DNA from: Priapulus caudatus
Taxonomy: Eukaryota
Length of the DNA stretch: 64,000 nt
Assembly (NCBI RefSeq): GCF_000485595.1
Contig: NW_014577066.1
Coordinates: forward strand, 780,539-844,538
Reading direction: 5' to 3'
A program made the position numbers and the translations under genes. This document shows, piece after piece, positions 49,423-62,555 of the stretch (its first letter is position 1; each line of letters opens with the position of its first letter). The notes beneath the pieces were generated by a model. The model was given only the letters and a program-made list of their open reading frames with translations, was not told the DNA's origin and made no database searches.

Positions 49423-49972
49423 CACACACACATACTTTAAAGCTCACAATAGTGCTTATAAATAAACCTGAGCATCACTACCCTAACACTGACAGTGGCT
49501 ATTTTACATACCACAACTGATAGTATCCTGCTGCTACCTGCATTATTGGTCCCTATATGATTAATTAATTAGTCAATATCAGCATCATTATGCAGAATGA
49601 AAATGCTATTTTGGTGCTGTAATATTTTTGCCACTAGTACGCAGGTGACAGCACATTGTAATATTAGTCACTGGGCGCGCTTAGGCCGCCCACATAAGAC
49701 ATTGGATGGATTAGTCTCAGATTAACCTACAATCATCTTGAGGGGCATTTAAAATAAAAGTGCCAATTACAAAAAAAGACACAAATGAGTGAGTGAAAAG
49801 AAGTCAGTTTTAATTGAGCAACCATTGACGTACATTATAGAAGCGAAGAGTATATATGGGGGAGAATCATTACTATAACTTTGATAATTATATGTGTAAT
49901 TTTTTTATGTGAAAATAATGTTTGAGATGTGAAAGTCGTGAGATGTGGGCGAGTGATGGCGTTACACCTAAA

Positions 49973-50963
49973 CAGTGCTCGAAATAAGAAAAAAAATGTG
50001 GTTGTCCTGCGGACCAACCCAGGCATCAAATCGGGTTGTCCGCAACAATTTCTGGTTGTCGCCAAAAAAAATATCCCCAAATCTCCTATTTTCAATCACA
50101 TAATAGATATTGGTTCAGAACACCCAAAAGCAGTGGTGTAGGCCAGATTTTTTACGAAGGGTGGCAAAGAACAGCAAAACTGCGCAAATAGTGGATATGA
50201 GCTTAATATTTTTAACTGGCTCCTCCGCCTCCCCTCTCCACACCGCGGCCTCGCTCTACCTTCCTGCATCTTTCGTATTTTGGGTGGCCATGTGAAAAGG
50301 GACATTTTTGTTCCATTGGTTCTACTGCTCCCAAGATATTGTTAATTGTTCAGTGGCGGGGTCTGGATTCCAAGGAGGGGGTGAAAAACACATGCGGGGG
50401 GGTCAATGGGGTCTCCCCAGTAAAAATTTGAAAATGTAAGATTTCGCAAAGGAAGAAAACTGGTATACGAAAAAATTTTTTGCACACTATTTGAGTACAT
50501 GTACAGCCCTTCATTCTGACTACGACATTCTCCTTTTTTTTAACTTGCGGAATCATACATGAATCCCCACTGCATGTTGTTGTTTTGGCAAATTGCATGG
50601 CAAAGCATCGGAAACATTCAAAAATAAAATAATGGAGATAAATACCAAAATGTAGGGGTGAACTTGCTGTTTGCTGGTTCCAAATGAGTTTCACACTCTC
50701 ATAAAGTCAGAAAAGCGTGACATATACGACCGTGTTGGAAATAGGGCGCTGGTATGGCGTCGCTTTCCCCACACCATAGATTAAGTGGCGGCCATCAGGC
50801 TTAAGTGTGCTTGGAGAACCACTGAGAAAGACATAAATAAGAGTCGTCTTTTCGTCAACTTTTCTTGGTTGTCCGCCGGACAATGCCTCAGACCTGGTTA
50901 GGTTGTCCGGCACAAATTCTGTGGTTGTCTCGGGACACCGGACAACGCTTATTCGAGCGACTG
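49973..50963. mobile_element. Non-autonomous DNA transposon with 5-bp TSD (hAT5-like)
   Basis: TIR CAGTGCTCGAAATAAG / CTTATTCGAGCGACTG, CTAAA on both flanks, subterminal GGTTGTCC repeats. Confidence 0.7.
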
Positions 50964-52099
50964 CTAAATGTCGCCTTTAACGTTTTTTATATATTCAGAT
51001 TTAGGCACCTGCCTAAAAGCGGAGCTCGCCCGAGTGTTACGTGTAAATTGAGAGAATACGCTTATCACGTAGCTGCTATATACGCTACGTGACAATGGTG
51101 TTTCCGCGCCAAACAAACTTTGTCAAGGTTAATTAGTTGCCATGGAAGTCGTGTTATTTCTTTGAAGTTTTTCTCTAGGCGGTACACACGGTTGCCATGC
51201 TGTTATATCGCAATAATAATTTATAAACCAAAATGAATCACCATACTTTGTTGACGGTAGTATGCGCTACTACGCCCGCTTTGAATGGTTTCTCTAGCGA
51301 TGGCGTCGAAATAAATAGGTTAGTGCTGCGTTCTGCACATGTACCGTACGACTTTACTCTACATTATTAGATATAGACGTTTTATCGGCAGGGTGGCAGA
51401 GGAAATACGCAAATTTGCATTAAATATTAGTTGTCAATGAAACTCTTGTAACACGCACCCAGACAGTGTGAGCACCGACAGACTGTTTGTTCTGCGCGTC
51501 TATAATTAATATGCTATATAATTGCCCAAACCGTACCTAATGTTGCAACTTTTTTTTTTTAAAGTATCAAACCCCTAGCCTTATGTCATCATACGGCAAA
51601 TAAATGAGCAAAATCCGTTGAACCTGACCTGCACTAATGAAATTCCCGATTTGTTTGCCAAAAAATGCCGTGGCTCGAGAGTACGTCGACTGGCGTGCTC
51701 CAAATAGGACCGTTCAATATGAGGAGCAATAGCAATACAACTATACCAATATTTTAAACTGTGGTCAACGGTTTCTGAAGTTATCGTTGACCGGACGCCA
51801 AATGTTAGATGGAACGACGACGGACGTACGACGGAGCCCGACGACCCAAGTTGGCAATATCTCAGCTTGACGATGTCAAGTGCGAGTCTAAAAATGCGAT
51901 TAGGGCCATATAAGAGCCCTGGCAGCAATGCGCCCACGACGCTGCCAGTACATAAAATTGTCAGGTGAGTTTATTTAAACAAGTGCCGAGAGCGACAGCG
52001 TGCTCACACTGACGCGGCGAGTGTTCTGATGGCTAAAATCACGTGGCAACGAGATCAAGAGCGCACCTTCCCATTGCCGGCGTTCGCTCTCGGACCTCG

Positions 52100-52670
52100 T
52101 TGTGCTCTCTCATTCTTCTCTTTGCTTTCTCGGCTCTTGCTCTCTCTTCCTTCGCGCTCTCTCTCATCCTCTCTCTCTCAGTCTCTTCTCTCTCTCTCTC
52201 TTCCCTCTCCCTCTCGCCTCCGATCACATCTGCTCTCTCTTGCCTCTCTCTCTGCCTCTCTCTCTCGCTCGCTCACACTCATCTCCCTCGTTGTCCTCTC
52301 TCTGTTCTTGTCTTTGTCTTTGCTTCTCTTTCTCTCGTCCTCTCTCTCTCTCCTCCCTTCAGCTCATCTGCATCGTCTCTCTCTCCTCTCTCTATCTCTT
52401 CATCTCTCTCTCTCTCTCGCTCTGCGTGTGTCTATCTCTCCCTCTCACTCTTCACTTCTCCTATCTTCCTCCTCTCTCTCTCTCTCTATCCCTCTCTCTC
52501 TTCCTCTCTCATCCCTCTCTCTCTCACTCTCCATCCCTCTCTCTCTCTCTCTCTCTCTCCTCTCCTCTCTCTCCCTCTCTCTCTCTTCCCCTCTCGGGGC
52601 GGTCCGCTGCTCTCCTCTGTCCTCTCTCACTCTCTTCCTCCCTTGCTCTCTCATCTCTCCTCTCTCTCTC
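52100..52670. repeat. Degenerate (CT)n low-complexity tract
   Basis: Direct reading. Confidence 0.85.
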
Positions 52671-53130
52671 AATTTTGCCTCTTTCTCCGAGGCGGTAGCC
52701 TGCTGCCGGCCGAAGTGCTGTATACTGATTGTCTATACAGACTGTCTGGATTGTCTATCAGACTGATTGTCTGATGGTCTTTCTAACCCTAGCAGACCGT
52801 TTCGTGAGCTAGAAGGCGGTAACGTTTTTATAGTATAACTTCACATAAATGGTTTATACTATATAAATTCCGCGGTGCACCGGCGCAGCACCATGTTTAT
52901 AACTATGTCTTAACTCGGGGTTTCCAAGCAGCGGCCAGCGATCGGTAGAAACATTATAAAAATATGGCTACTAAAACAGGCTGGCTTTGTCCTCGGCGAC
53001 AAGCTACCTAAGATTACTTGCCTCCGTGGAAATGGACAAGTACGGACAAACGGATAGCCCTTATTTCGAACACTGGGAATGGTATTAGGCAACCTTCTCG
53101 AAGAAACTGTTCGTTGGGATCGTTATGAAA

Positions 53131-54090
53131 GTTGCCACGAGATGGCGCGTACGTTTGAATGTCTTAAGATTAAAGAATGGAAGCTCCCATCGTACGTAGT
53201 ATAGCAACACTATTTGCAACGACAGAATAGGTAAGCACTCATCCATTTATTAACGCAGGCAAAAACTACACCGTACGTAACTATCACCACCACATGCACT
53301 GGCAGGGCATATTAAGTTACATGTAACACACTGACAGTCAGAATCCATAGAAATTATACGATTTTATGGAGCATAAACCTTCTCAACCAAATTTAGCTTT
53401 TGAAATTTCACTGTGACATTGTAGCCTCATACATCCAGGCATGTATACGATTCTACTAAGCCAAACCGGCAGTCAAATTCTTTCTCACAGTAAGCAGTAA
53501 ACAAAATCCATGTTTAACCTCCTCTTGAGGGTCAAAAGGTTATCGGTCAGTTACTCTTCGCATGTCAGCAGAAAGTACAGTTCATGGTCCTTTCAATAAA
53601 GCCATAAAAATGCTAGGTCACAGCTGAAACAAAAAAGTTTTTCAATCGCTCCGTCAGACCATGTCCTCAAAAAATGTCTAAAATCTGCCCTGTGCCCTAT
53701 TGACCTTTGTCCTGTGACCTCCAATTTCGGCACAGTGGTGGCTTTTCCTACCATAATGCTATACACCGACTATCACGAGCCTAGGTCGAGCCGTTTAGAT
53801 TTGTGCCGCAATTCTGCATTTCCTCCCTATACCTTAAGTTTAGGAGGGAATGTTCCCCTTCTTTTACTTTACACCTCTTGACTTTTGACCTTTGACCCCC
53901 CAGCTTCAACATCCCAACTCGTTTTCGGATTACCCCCCCACGTTCCGAATATCGTGACCGTACGTCGAGCCGTTTAGATTTGTGCACAACTGTTGACGCA
54001 CGGACGCACGGCCGGACGCACGGCCGGACGCACGGACGCACGCTCATGCGATTCTACAAGCTGCAACTGACTATGTCATATGAGCTAAAA
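53131..54090 (-). mobile_element. HINE/DINE-1-like interspersed repeat, copy 2
   Basis: High similarity to 8860-9420 and weaker similarity back to ~8420. Confidence 0.65.
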
Positions 54091-55615
54091 ATAAATGATA
54101 TTAGATCATGTCTCATTTCTTCTTGTTAATAAATAACTATTACGCTCAGATACGGTTGCGTGGAAAGTTACTATGAATCAGCCTACCCATCATCATGCAC
54201 GTGAATATATTCTACAGCACGTAGAATATACATGACTAAATAGCAGATGTATTACCATCAAGGAAATGACACCCCCACCCCTTCCATCCTCTTCCTCATG
54301 GCAGCACTATACTATAGCACTGGAGCTACTTTACCCTATATCAACCTCATAAGCTTCCTAGTTTATGCTAGCTTATCGAAACAATGCCAAAGTCATAGGA
54401 ACTTGCTCAATGAGTTTTTTTTAGTTTACTGATAAGATACACTAGTAATAGTATGCTCCAGGATACATGTCAAACTAGCAGTTTTCCATAAGCAAAGGCT
54501 TTGCCTCCCTCCTTCTACAAACAACAGTAGGCTCAATGGTTTTAGGTGTGTATGAACAAACTAACATAGGCTGTGAATCTGTCGTTGTTGACAGAAAATC
54601 AGAAGTATGAAAACTAAGCTAATAACAGTTATAGCATACGAGCATCCGTTATATGTGCATGCATGTGTGTACGATCGTGAGCTTGTGTTGGATGTAATAT
54701 TTACAGGAAATAACTAGATTGTGCTTCATTTTTGTGTCATTCTTAGATGTTTAACTCACTTACACATTCAATAACACTAACACAAACATTGAGCATTACT
54801 CATTAGAATGTTTATCTCAATAAATGTTGAACATCATATGACCGAGTGGATGGATACTTCAAAGAGCATCTTCTCACAGCTTTCATAAAACATGTAAGCT
54901 CGCTTGCAACAAGCATATATCAAGAATGATGTGAAGATTCTGTGTTCTCTAAATATGCATAATTGCTCGTGAATGCATCACTGAATGAACTAACGTAGCT
55001 TATCCATTTTTGAATGCTAACCTCTACAGTTATTCACTGGATTGCTCTACATTCTACAACACTGATTTCATTTCCTTTTATCATTGGTGTGTTAGGGATC
55101 CTGTAAGTGCAACCATACGTAGTAAAGGCTTATCCTGCCACGGTAATGATGTAGAAACCTGATCTTGTGTGTGTTAGCAGCACAGGGCTTCTTACTGACA
55201 TATTATCCACTTACTTGTTTGTTTGAGGCTAATTAAAATGTTTTACTATTTTTGGCACCTGCACTCCAGATGTAAGGCAGCTGTGAAAATCCATCAATGG
55301 AACCAAAGAAACAGAAATGACGTTTCGAGGTTATTTCACACGCGTATCTTCTATGCATAGTCATCAGCTTGAGGACAGATGTGTTGCACAAGGCCGACTT
55401 TTCCTTGTTATTACCATAACCATACAATTTATAGAGCATACATAGACTACACTAAACAGGTCTATGTTATTATATATATATATATCTACACTGGTGTTGT
55501 CATAGGTTATATCAGAAATATGTTGCATTAGTTATTAGTCTTGTGATTTTACATGCAAAATTGATTCCTTATTGGTTAGTAACATACATATGCAGTGCAA
55601 CATATTGTTATTAAC

Positions 55616-56017
55616 TAGTGTTGTCAATCGGTTGTAATTTCGTAATCGATCATCGGTTGGACACAAGTAACCGATGATCGGTTACAATCAGTTACTCAGG
55701 GTGTTGAATGCCTGCGTGTGCGTAACGTCGTGTGCATGTATGTGCTTGTTTAGCTCTGTTTATTGTTTGTTTTGCACTGTTTACTACTGTGTGTATAATA
55801 AATGTATGTTAATTAATAAAGGGATAACTTGTATAGTAGGCTATGATATCTCTGATTCTCATCACTTTTCCAAGTTTTCATTGTTCAGTTTTAAAAAAAA
55901 AACTTTTTTTTTTTCCCAAATGAAAATCGATTATGGATTTTTGTGATAACCAAGCGCCTTGGTTCGAGCCACTGTTCAACCGATGATCGAGTATAATCGA
56001 TGATCGTGACATCACTA
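55616..56017. mobile_element. hAT MITE
   Basis: TIR TAGTG(T/A)TGTCA and a perfect 8-bp TSD TTATTAAC (55608-55615, 56018-56025). Confidence 0.88.
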
Positions 56018-56747
56018 TTATTAACCCACAATTTCATGAATCATTTAAAAATCTAGCAATGAATCATTTAACAATATGTAAAATAGAAAAAATGTATGAT
56101 ATCAGGCAGAGCTATTGAATTCCACAATGGCAAAATAAGCCTCCATTGGTCCACTAGTTTAACACTCCATGTAGAGGTCTTCTCCAGGAATTCATCTTCC
56201 GCGGTAATGCTAATCCTCCTTTATTTTACATAAAAAGCCACTGTTGAAATAGTAAAGCAGTCCCTTGATAATCCTCTTTAAAAGAAATGTTTACACCTGG
56301 TACAGTAACTACAACTAAAACTTGCGCTGGTGCCTTAAGACTCAGTTAGACTGATTAAACTGTAATTGTAAAGGCAACACTCCCTATCATAAATCATTGA
56401 ACCCTGAACACACAACTGTTTAAATAACATTACAGAACTTGTATGTTAAATCGTAGATCTAAATAATAATTTTGATGATGTTTTTTTTACTTAAATGTTC
56501 TAGCAGTCAGATACATGCTGCCTTTGATGATTGATTGGGTATTGAAAATGGTGAAAAACAGTGCAAACAAGAGTACCTGGGCTCGTTAAAGACGTTTTGT
56601 TCCCAGCCTTTCTGACATCCCCAATGACATATTTTCTTGTAAGAAAGTATTAGAACAACACCCTTGAAGAAGACGTCATGTCAATTTTAAGAGTGTACCC
56701 CCATTTACAAAGTTACGATATGGGAGGTTTTAAACCTAGGCATCAGA

Positions 56748-57575
56748 GCCCTACTCTATTTCACCTATTATTGCCGATAGTTTTTCTACCATTGCATTAA
56801 CGCGGCTCCATTGCTCTTCGCGGCCGCGACTGTTGCACGCTTACACTATATATAGAGCAGCGGCGCGAACTGTTGCACGCGTTNNNNNNNNNNNNNNNNN
56901 NNNNNNNNACTGTTGCACGCTTACACTAATATATAGAGCAGGTAAGAAAGCGCGATCCCAAAATTCGCTCGACGCTCGCTGCATTTCACACGATTTCAAC
57001 ACAAATACACATCCAACAGCTTCCGTCTTTGTTTCTCCTTTAAGAACAGTGTTCACTTGTCATAAAAACATAATGTCTCTGTTCGTAACCGAGCTGTGTC
57101 ACGCGAAATCACACAAAGACTGACGAAATTCTCGCGTTCGCTCCCGTTGCGCAGTTTAAGTAAATGGCTGTCAGAATCAGGAAACGCCCACCGGCGCTCT
57201 TCGTGACCTCATTCTTGCGCCGCAACGCTGCAACGTTTCTCGCGCCGCCTATAGCCCTGTATTTGCAGCCATTTACATAAACTGCGCAACGTGAGCAAAC
57301 GCGAGAATTTCACCAGTCTTTGTGTGATTTCGCGTGACACAGCTCGGTTACGAACACAGACATTATGTTTTTATAACAAGTGAACACTGTTCTTGAAGGA
57401 GAAACAAAGACGGAAGCTGTTGGATGTGTATTTGTGTTGAAATCGTGTGAAATGCAGCGAGCGTCAAGCGAATTTTGGGATCGCGCTTTCTTACCTGCTC
57501 TATATATTAGTGTAAGCGTGCAACAGTCGCGCCGCGAGAGCAATGGCAGCCGGTAAAGCAATGGTAGGAAACTAT
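56748..57575. mobile_element. Second copy of the foldback element, spanning an N gap, right arm truncated
   Basis: 56909-57140 is inverted at 57293-57530; near identical to 58525-59190. Confidence 0.65.
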
Positions 57576-58247
57576 AGCAATGAATCATTTAACAATATGT
57601 AAAATAGAAAAAATGTATGATATCAGGCAGAGCTATTGAATTCCACAATGGCAAATAAGCCTCCATTGGTCCCCTAGTTTAACACTCATGATAGAGGTCT
57701 TCCCAGGAATTCAATCTTCGGTATGTAATCCTCCTTTATTCCACATAAAAAGCACTGTTAAAAAGTAAGCAGTCTTGATAATCCTTCTTTAAAAGAAATG
57801 TTTACCCTGGTACAAACTACAACTACAACTTGCTCTGGTGCCCTTAAGACTCAAGTTACTGATTAATGTAATTGTAAAGGCAACACTTCCCTTATCATAA
57901 AACATTGAACCCTGAACACACAAATGTTAAATACATTACAGAACTGTATGTTAATCGTAGATCATAGATAATAATTTTGATGATGTTTTTTTGCTTAAAT
58001 GTTCTAGCAGTTCCAGAATACATGCTGCTTTGATGATTGATGGGGTATTGAAATGGTGAAAAACAGTCAAAACAAGAGTACCCTCGGCTCGGTTAAAGGA
58101 CGTCTTGTCCCGCCTTTCTGACATCAAATGACATATTTCTTGGTAGAAAGTATTAGACAACACCCTGAAGAAGACCTCTGTCAATTTTTAAGAGTGTACC
58201 CCCACATTTACCAAAGTTACGATATGGAGGTTTAAACTAGGATCAGA

Positions 58248-59222
58248 GCCCTACTCTATTTCACCTATTATTGCCGATAGTTTTCTACCATTGCATTACC
58301 GGCTGCCATTGCTCTTGCGGCGCGACTGTTGCACGCTTACACTAATATATAGAGCAGCGGCGCAACTGTTGCACGCTTACACTAATATATAGAGCAGCGG
58401 CGCGACTGTTGCACGCTTACACTAATATATAGAGCAGCGGCGCGACTGTTGCACGCTTACACTAATATATAGAGCAGCGGCGCGACTGTGGCACGCTTAC
58501 ACTAATATATAGAGCAGCGGCGTGACTGTTGCACGCTTACACTAATATATAGAGCAGGTAAGAAAGCGCGATCCCAAAATTCGCTCGACGCTCGCTGCAT
58601 TTCACACGATTTCAACACAAATACACATCCAACAGCTTCCGTCTTTGTTTCTCCTTTAAGAACAGTGTTCACTTGTCATAAAAACAATGTCTCTGTTCGT
58701 AACCGAGCTGTGTCACGCGAAATCACACAAAGACTGGCGAAATTCTCGCGTTCGCTCCCGTTGCGCAGTTTAGTAAATGGCTGTCAGAATCAGGAAACGC
58801 CCACCGGCGCTCTTCGTGACCTCATTCTTGCGCCGCAACGCTGCAACGTTTCTCGCGCCGCCTATAGCCCTGTATTTGCAGCCATTTACATAAACTGCGC
58901 AACGTGAGCAAACGCGAGAATTTCACCAGTCTTTGTGTGATTTCGCGTGACACAGCTCGGTTACGAACACAGACATGTTTATGTTGATAACAAGTGAAAC
59001 ACTGTTCTATGAAGAGAAAGCAAAGACGAAGCGTGATGTGTAAGTGTGTTGAACATCGTGTGAAAATGCACGACGTCCAAGCGACACGTTTTGGATCGCG
59101 CTATTGCTTACCTGCCTCTATATAATAGTGTAGAGCGTCAACAGTCGCGCCGGCGAGAGCAATGCAGCCAGTAAAGCAATGGTACGAGAAATTATTTGCG
59201 AATAGTAAACAGAGAGTAGGCT
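58248..59222. mobile_element. Foldback-type element with long inverted arms and a 40-bp tandem array
   Basis: Inverted arms of ~300 bp around a ~150-bp core. The left arm holds six copies of CGGCGCGACTGTTGCACGCTTACACTAATATATAGAGCAG. Confidence 0.7.
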
Positions 59223-59523
59223 ATAGAATCATTAAGATTGTATAAGATTAAAAGAAACTTTTTTCGCATTTTTTATAAGCATTATATTATATGAAAGCTC
59301 AAGTGCCTGTGATCATGATGGTATTAGGATATAGGGAGAGGTAGCTACTAGAAAACATAAGAATGTAGTAATAATTTCGTATTAGTTTAGCATGATAATA
59401 TTATTGAACAAGCTCAATCCTGTGATACAATGATCATCCCGCAGATGATCAATGACTTGTGACCAACACCTGAAAGAGAACAGTAACATCACATACACAC
59501 TGTAGGTTTGTCAGCACCGACAC

Positions 59524-59570
59524 CACTCCATACTTCCCCTATGACATCACGTGCCCAGTTGCCCGTCCAT
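59524..59570 (-). CDS. DOCK1: Candidate DOCK exon 1 (start codon), frameshifted in the assembly
   Basis: aaaATGG context. Removing two extra G and adding one gives M(T/D)GNWARDVIGKYGV, resembling the DOCK1 N-terminus (M..W......KYGVA). Lies in indel-noisy sequence. Confidence 0.5.
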
Positions 59571-60333
59571 TTTAGTGTAGGTCCCTTATTTTGAGAAGAC
59601 AGAAAAACAAAGAAAGTTATAATCTCATGCATTGTGCTGCGCCATCACGTGTTGGTCAGCGGAATCGTATTCCCCGCGGCAGGATATTTTCATATTGGTC
59701 TGTGCAGCGAACCTGCGGGGGTGGCGCGAAGACGCTGAAGCTTCAGCTCGCTGACCTTACATCTGAGACTCAGAACGAGTCTGCATCCAGGGCCAGCACG
59801 GTTTGCCGCGATTGAAAGCAGTGTAAATATAATGGAGTTGTTTTAAAGACGACAAAAAAAAAAAAACGGAACATATTAGAGTCTAATTCATAGAAATAAC
59901 GTTCATGACGCATGATATACACTCCTCGAGCAATAGAAGCCAATGACTGCCAATTTTTTCCATCAAAACGCGATGTTGATATGATTTGCCGCGCGGCAAT
60001 AAGATCAGCCTCACGACCGGTACTAGAAGTTTATGTTCTGATCCGACATAATATAGCTCTATGATCCGTATTTATTCAACATGCGTTCCTCACAAATGCG
60101 CCATGGTGAAAAATGCCGTTACGGGCCGTCTTTGACAGCCTATTTTCGTGCTAGACAGTAGGCCTGCATGGTGACGAGTGGACGCGAGTACGGATAATAG
60201 GACTTATTTCAGTGAATAAAAAGTATACAATAGCGTCACGCATGACTTTTCATAAATTTTATTTTTACACTTTATTTGCTTATACGAAACCATGTCAAAA
60301 TATCTTTCATAATTGTAAAAAGCCGCCTAAAAT

Positions 60334-60517
60334 CAGGGGCGTGTACAGAGGGGTCCAGGGGCGGACCTCCCCCCCCTGCCACGCAGAAAACGCCTCCAAG
60401 GGGTCTAATTCAAAAAAGTTCTGGGGGATTCGCATCTCCAGACCCCTTCGCCGGCCTCGCGAAGTTGGTTACTAGACCCGCCGCCCCCCCCTGGTACAAA
60501 TCCTGTACACGCCCCTG
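60334..60517. mobile_element. Small MITE
   Basis: Perfect 15-bp TIR CAGGGGCGTGTACAG / CTGTACACGCCCCTG; no TSD evident. Confidence 0.7.
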
Positions 60518-62142
60518 TACCTATATGGCACAGTAGAACGTCGAATATTATTAAAATGTAATATTTTATATATTAAATCTTTATTGCATATAATGCGTAA
60601 TAAAGTGTCGTAATTTACAAATATGGTCATAGATAACGTGCTCAGTTTCTTACAGATCATCGTGTCTGCGCCAAACAAAACTGCACCATTCGTAACAAGT
60701 TTTACAGGTAACGGAACTCCCCCCGAACATCGCTCGTCGGCGAGGTGCCAAATGCGTCAATTTTGGACGATGACAACCGGGAAAATGATGACGCGGTGAC
60801 AGAAAATGACACTACACTACTCTTCTCTGACAACAACAAAAAAGCGGACGGCGCCGGATCGGCGGCAAATTCAACTGGAGCAATGATGACGGCGTTGCGA
60901 AAATTGACGACAGACGCGAATGCAGTAAAGCGCGATCGGCGAGCTCGAAAAACGCGACCAGGTCCGGAACGGAAAGCTCCCGACGGCACTGACGCTTCAT
61001 ACTAGACAAGAACACGAGTTAATGTGTAATCTCGTGATAGGTATTATTCGTTTAATAACTGCGCTGCGGACTGCCTGTGCCTGCTGGACAGTCGATCGTT
61101 TCAAATCTAGAAGCCCTACTAGTTGTAATGTAAGGGCTGCGGCTAAATAAGCAGTGGCGCTCAACAAGATTATACGCGTTATATTGTATGACATAGGAAA
61201 CGTCGTGCTCTACACGCGCACCAGTCCAAGTTTGCGACTGTCCGTTTTATCCAACGACTACCACAACCGATGTAATCAAATAAATATCAACACAGATTAA
61301 GTCCTCGACGTCCAATTGCAAAGAAGCCTTCAAGTAATGACAGCGCATTCTCACGATAAGTCTTCAGACATCCCGCTCAATGTGTTGATCATGGACGCGG
61401 CAAAAATTGGAAGGAAAACCATCTGAATCGCTCAATATTATAGTCAGCGACGTGTACATGCCCACGTGCATACGCCACTTGGTGCGGTCGGTTGGCTGGA
61501 CGGCGAACCCGCGCCGCATGTCGCGACCACGACGGACACGACCCGGCGGTCCCGCGTTCCTGGCGGGAAAGGAACTCCAGCTACGCGCAACACTCGCGGC
61601 CATCGTCCACCCAGCTCCATTCGGCCTAACCCAGACCACGATCCTACAATCGTCGTCTGCGACATCGCACGCGAGCGTACGGCAATAAAAGGAGACTCGT
61701 CGAGGANNNNNNNNNNNNNNNNNNNNNNNNNAAAGAGAAGAGAGAGAAACGAGAGAAGCAAAGAGCAAGATAAGGAGAGCGCGAGAGAGAAGAGAGAAGA
61801 ATCGAGAGCGAAGAAGGAGAGAGAGAGCAGAGAGATGACCCGAGAGAGCAGAGAGAGAGATGAGCGAAGGAGAGATCGGGGGGGTGCCGACGACGGGATC
61901 AATGTAAGCTAGGCTGCCGCCACTCCCTACTGCTGAGTCAGTGAGTGCTGCACCAGCCGTCTGTAACCTTATACTAGATGACCACCACTGACACCCTGCC
62001 ATCTCACTGCACCTCGCACCTTGATCGCTATCAACCGGCTATGAACTCGTGTGCAGCCGCGTTTACACTGACGGACTGCGTGGTCTGCGCGACTCGCATC
62101 AGCGTCAGCGTCGACCACCGAGCTAAGCGTGGGAGCGTTGTA

Positions 62143-62304
62143 TAGGGCTTAGGGTATATATATACCCTACACGCACGCGTGTACGTGGGCCGTCTGTGTG
62201 TGGGGCGTGCCGTACGGGGTTAGGGGTAGGGTAGGGGCTTAGGGTGAGGTTATTATCATATAATATACCCTACCCTATAGTATATATATACCCTAAACGC
62301 CTAT

Positions 62305-62335
<31 letters not shown>

Positions 62336-62555
62336 TAGGGTTAGAGTATATATATATATAGGTTGACGGGTATATATATAGATAGGGTGAGGGTTATTAG
62401 TATATTTACCCTTAACCTATATATATATATACCTTAACCCTAATATATATATATTTAGCCGTTAGGGCGCTATATATATATATAGGGTTAGGCGTATAAT
62501 ATAGTATATACCCTCACCCTAACACCTTACCCTAACCGCTAACCCTACCCTAACC
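62143..62555. repeat. Degenerate TTAGGG/CCCTAA and (TA)n mosaic
   Basis: Telomere-like hexamers in both orientations among TA runs. Confidence 0.6.

Noticed and set aside
52029..52774. Ser/Leu-rich ~245-aa ORFs
   Set aside because: Degenerate (CT)n tract.
53134..53148. CTCF-like motif GCCACGAGATGGCGC (similar at 8422)
   Set aside because: Both lie at equivalent positions of a dispersed repeat; motif resemblance alone is not evidence of binding.
58318..58556. 40-bp repeats as a CRISPR array
   Set aside because: Head-to-tail tandem with no spacers, inside a transposon arm, in a eukaryotic locus with no cas genes.
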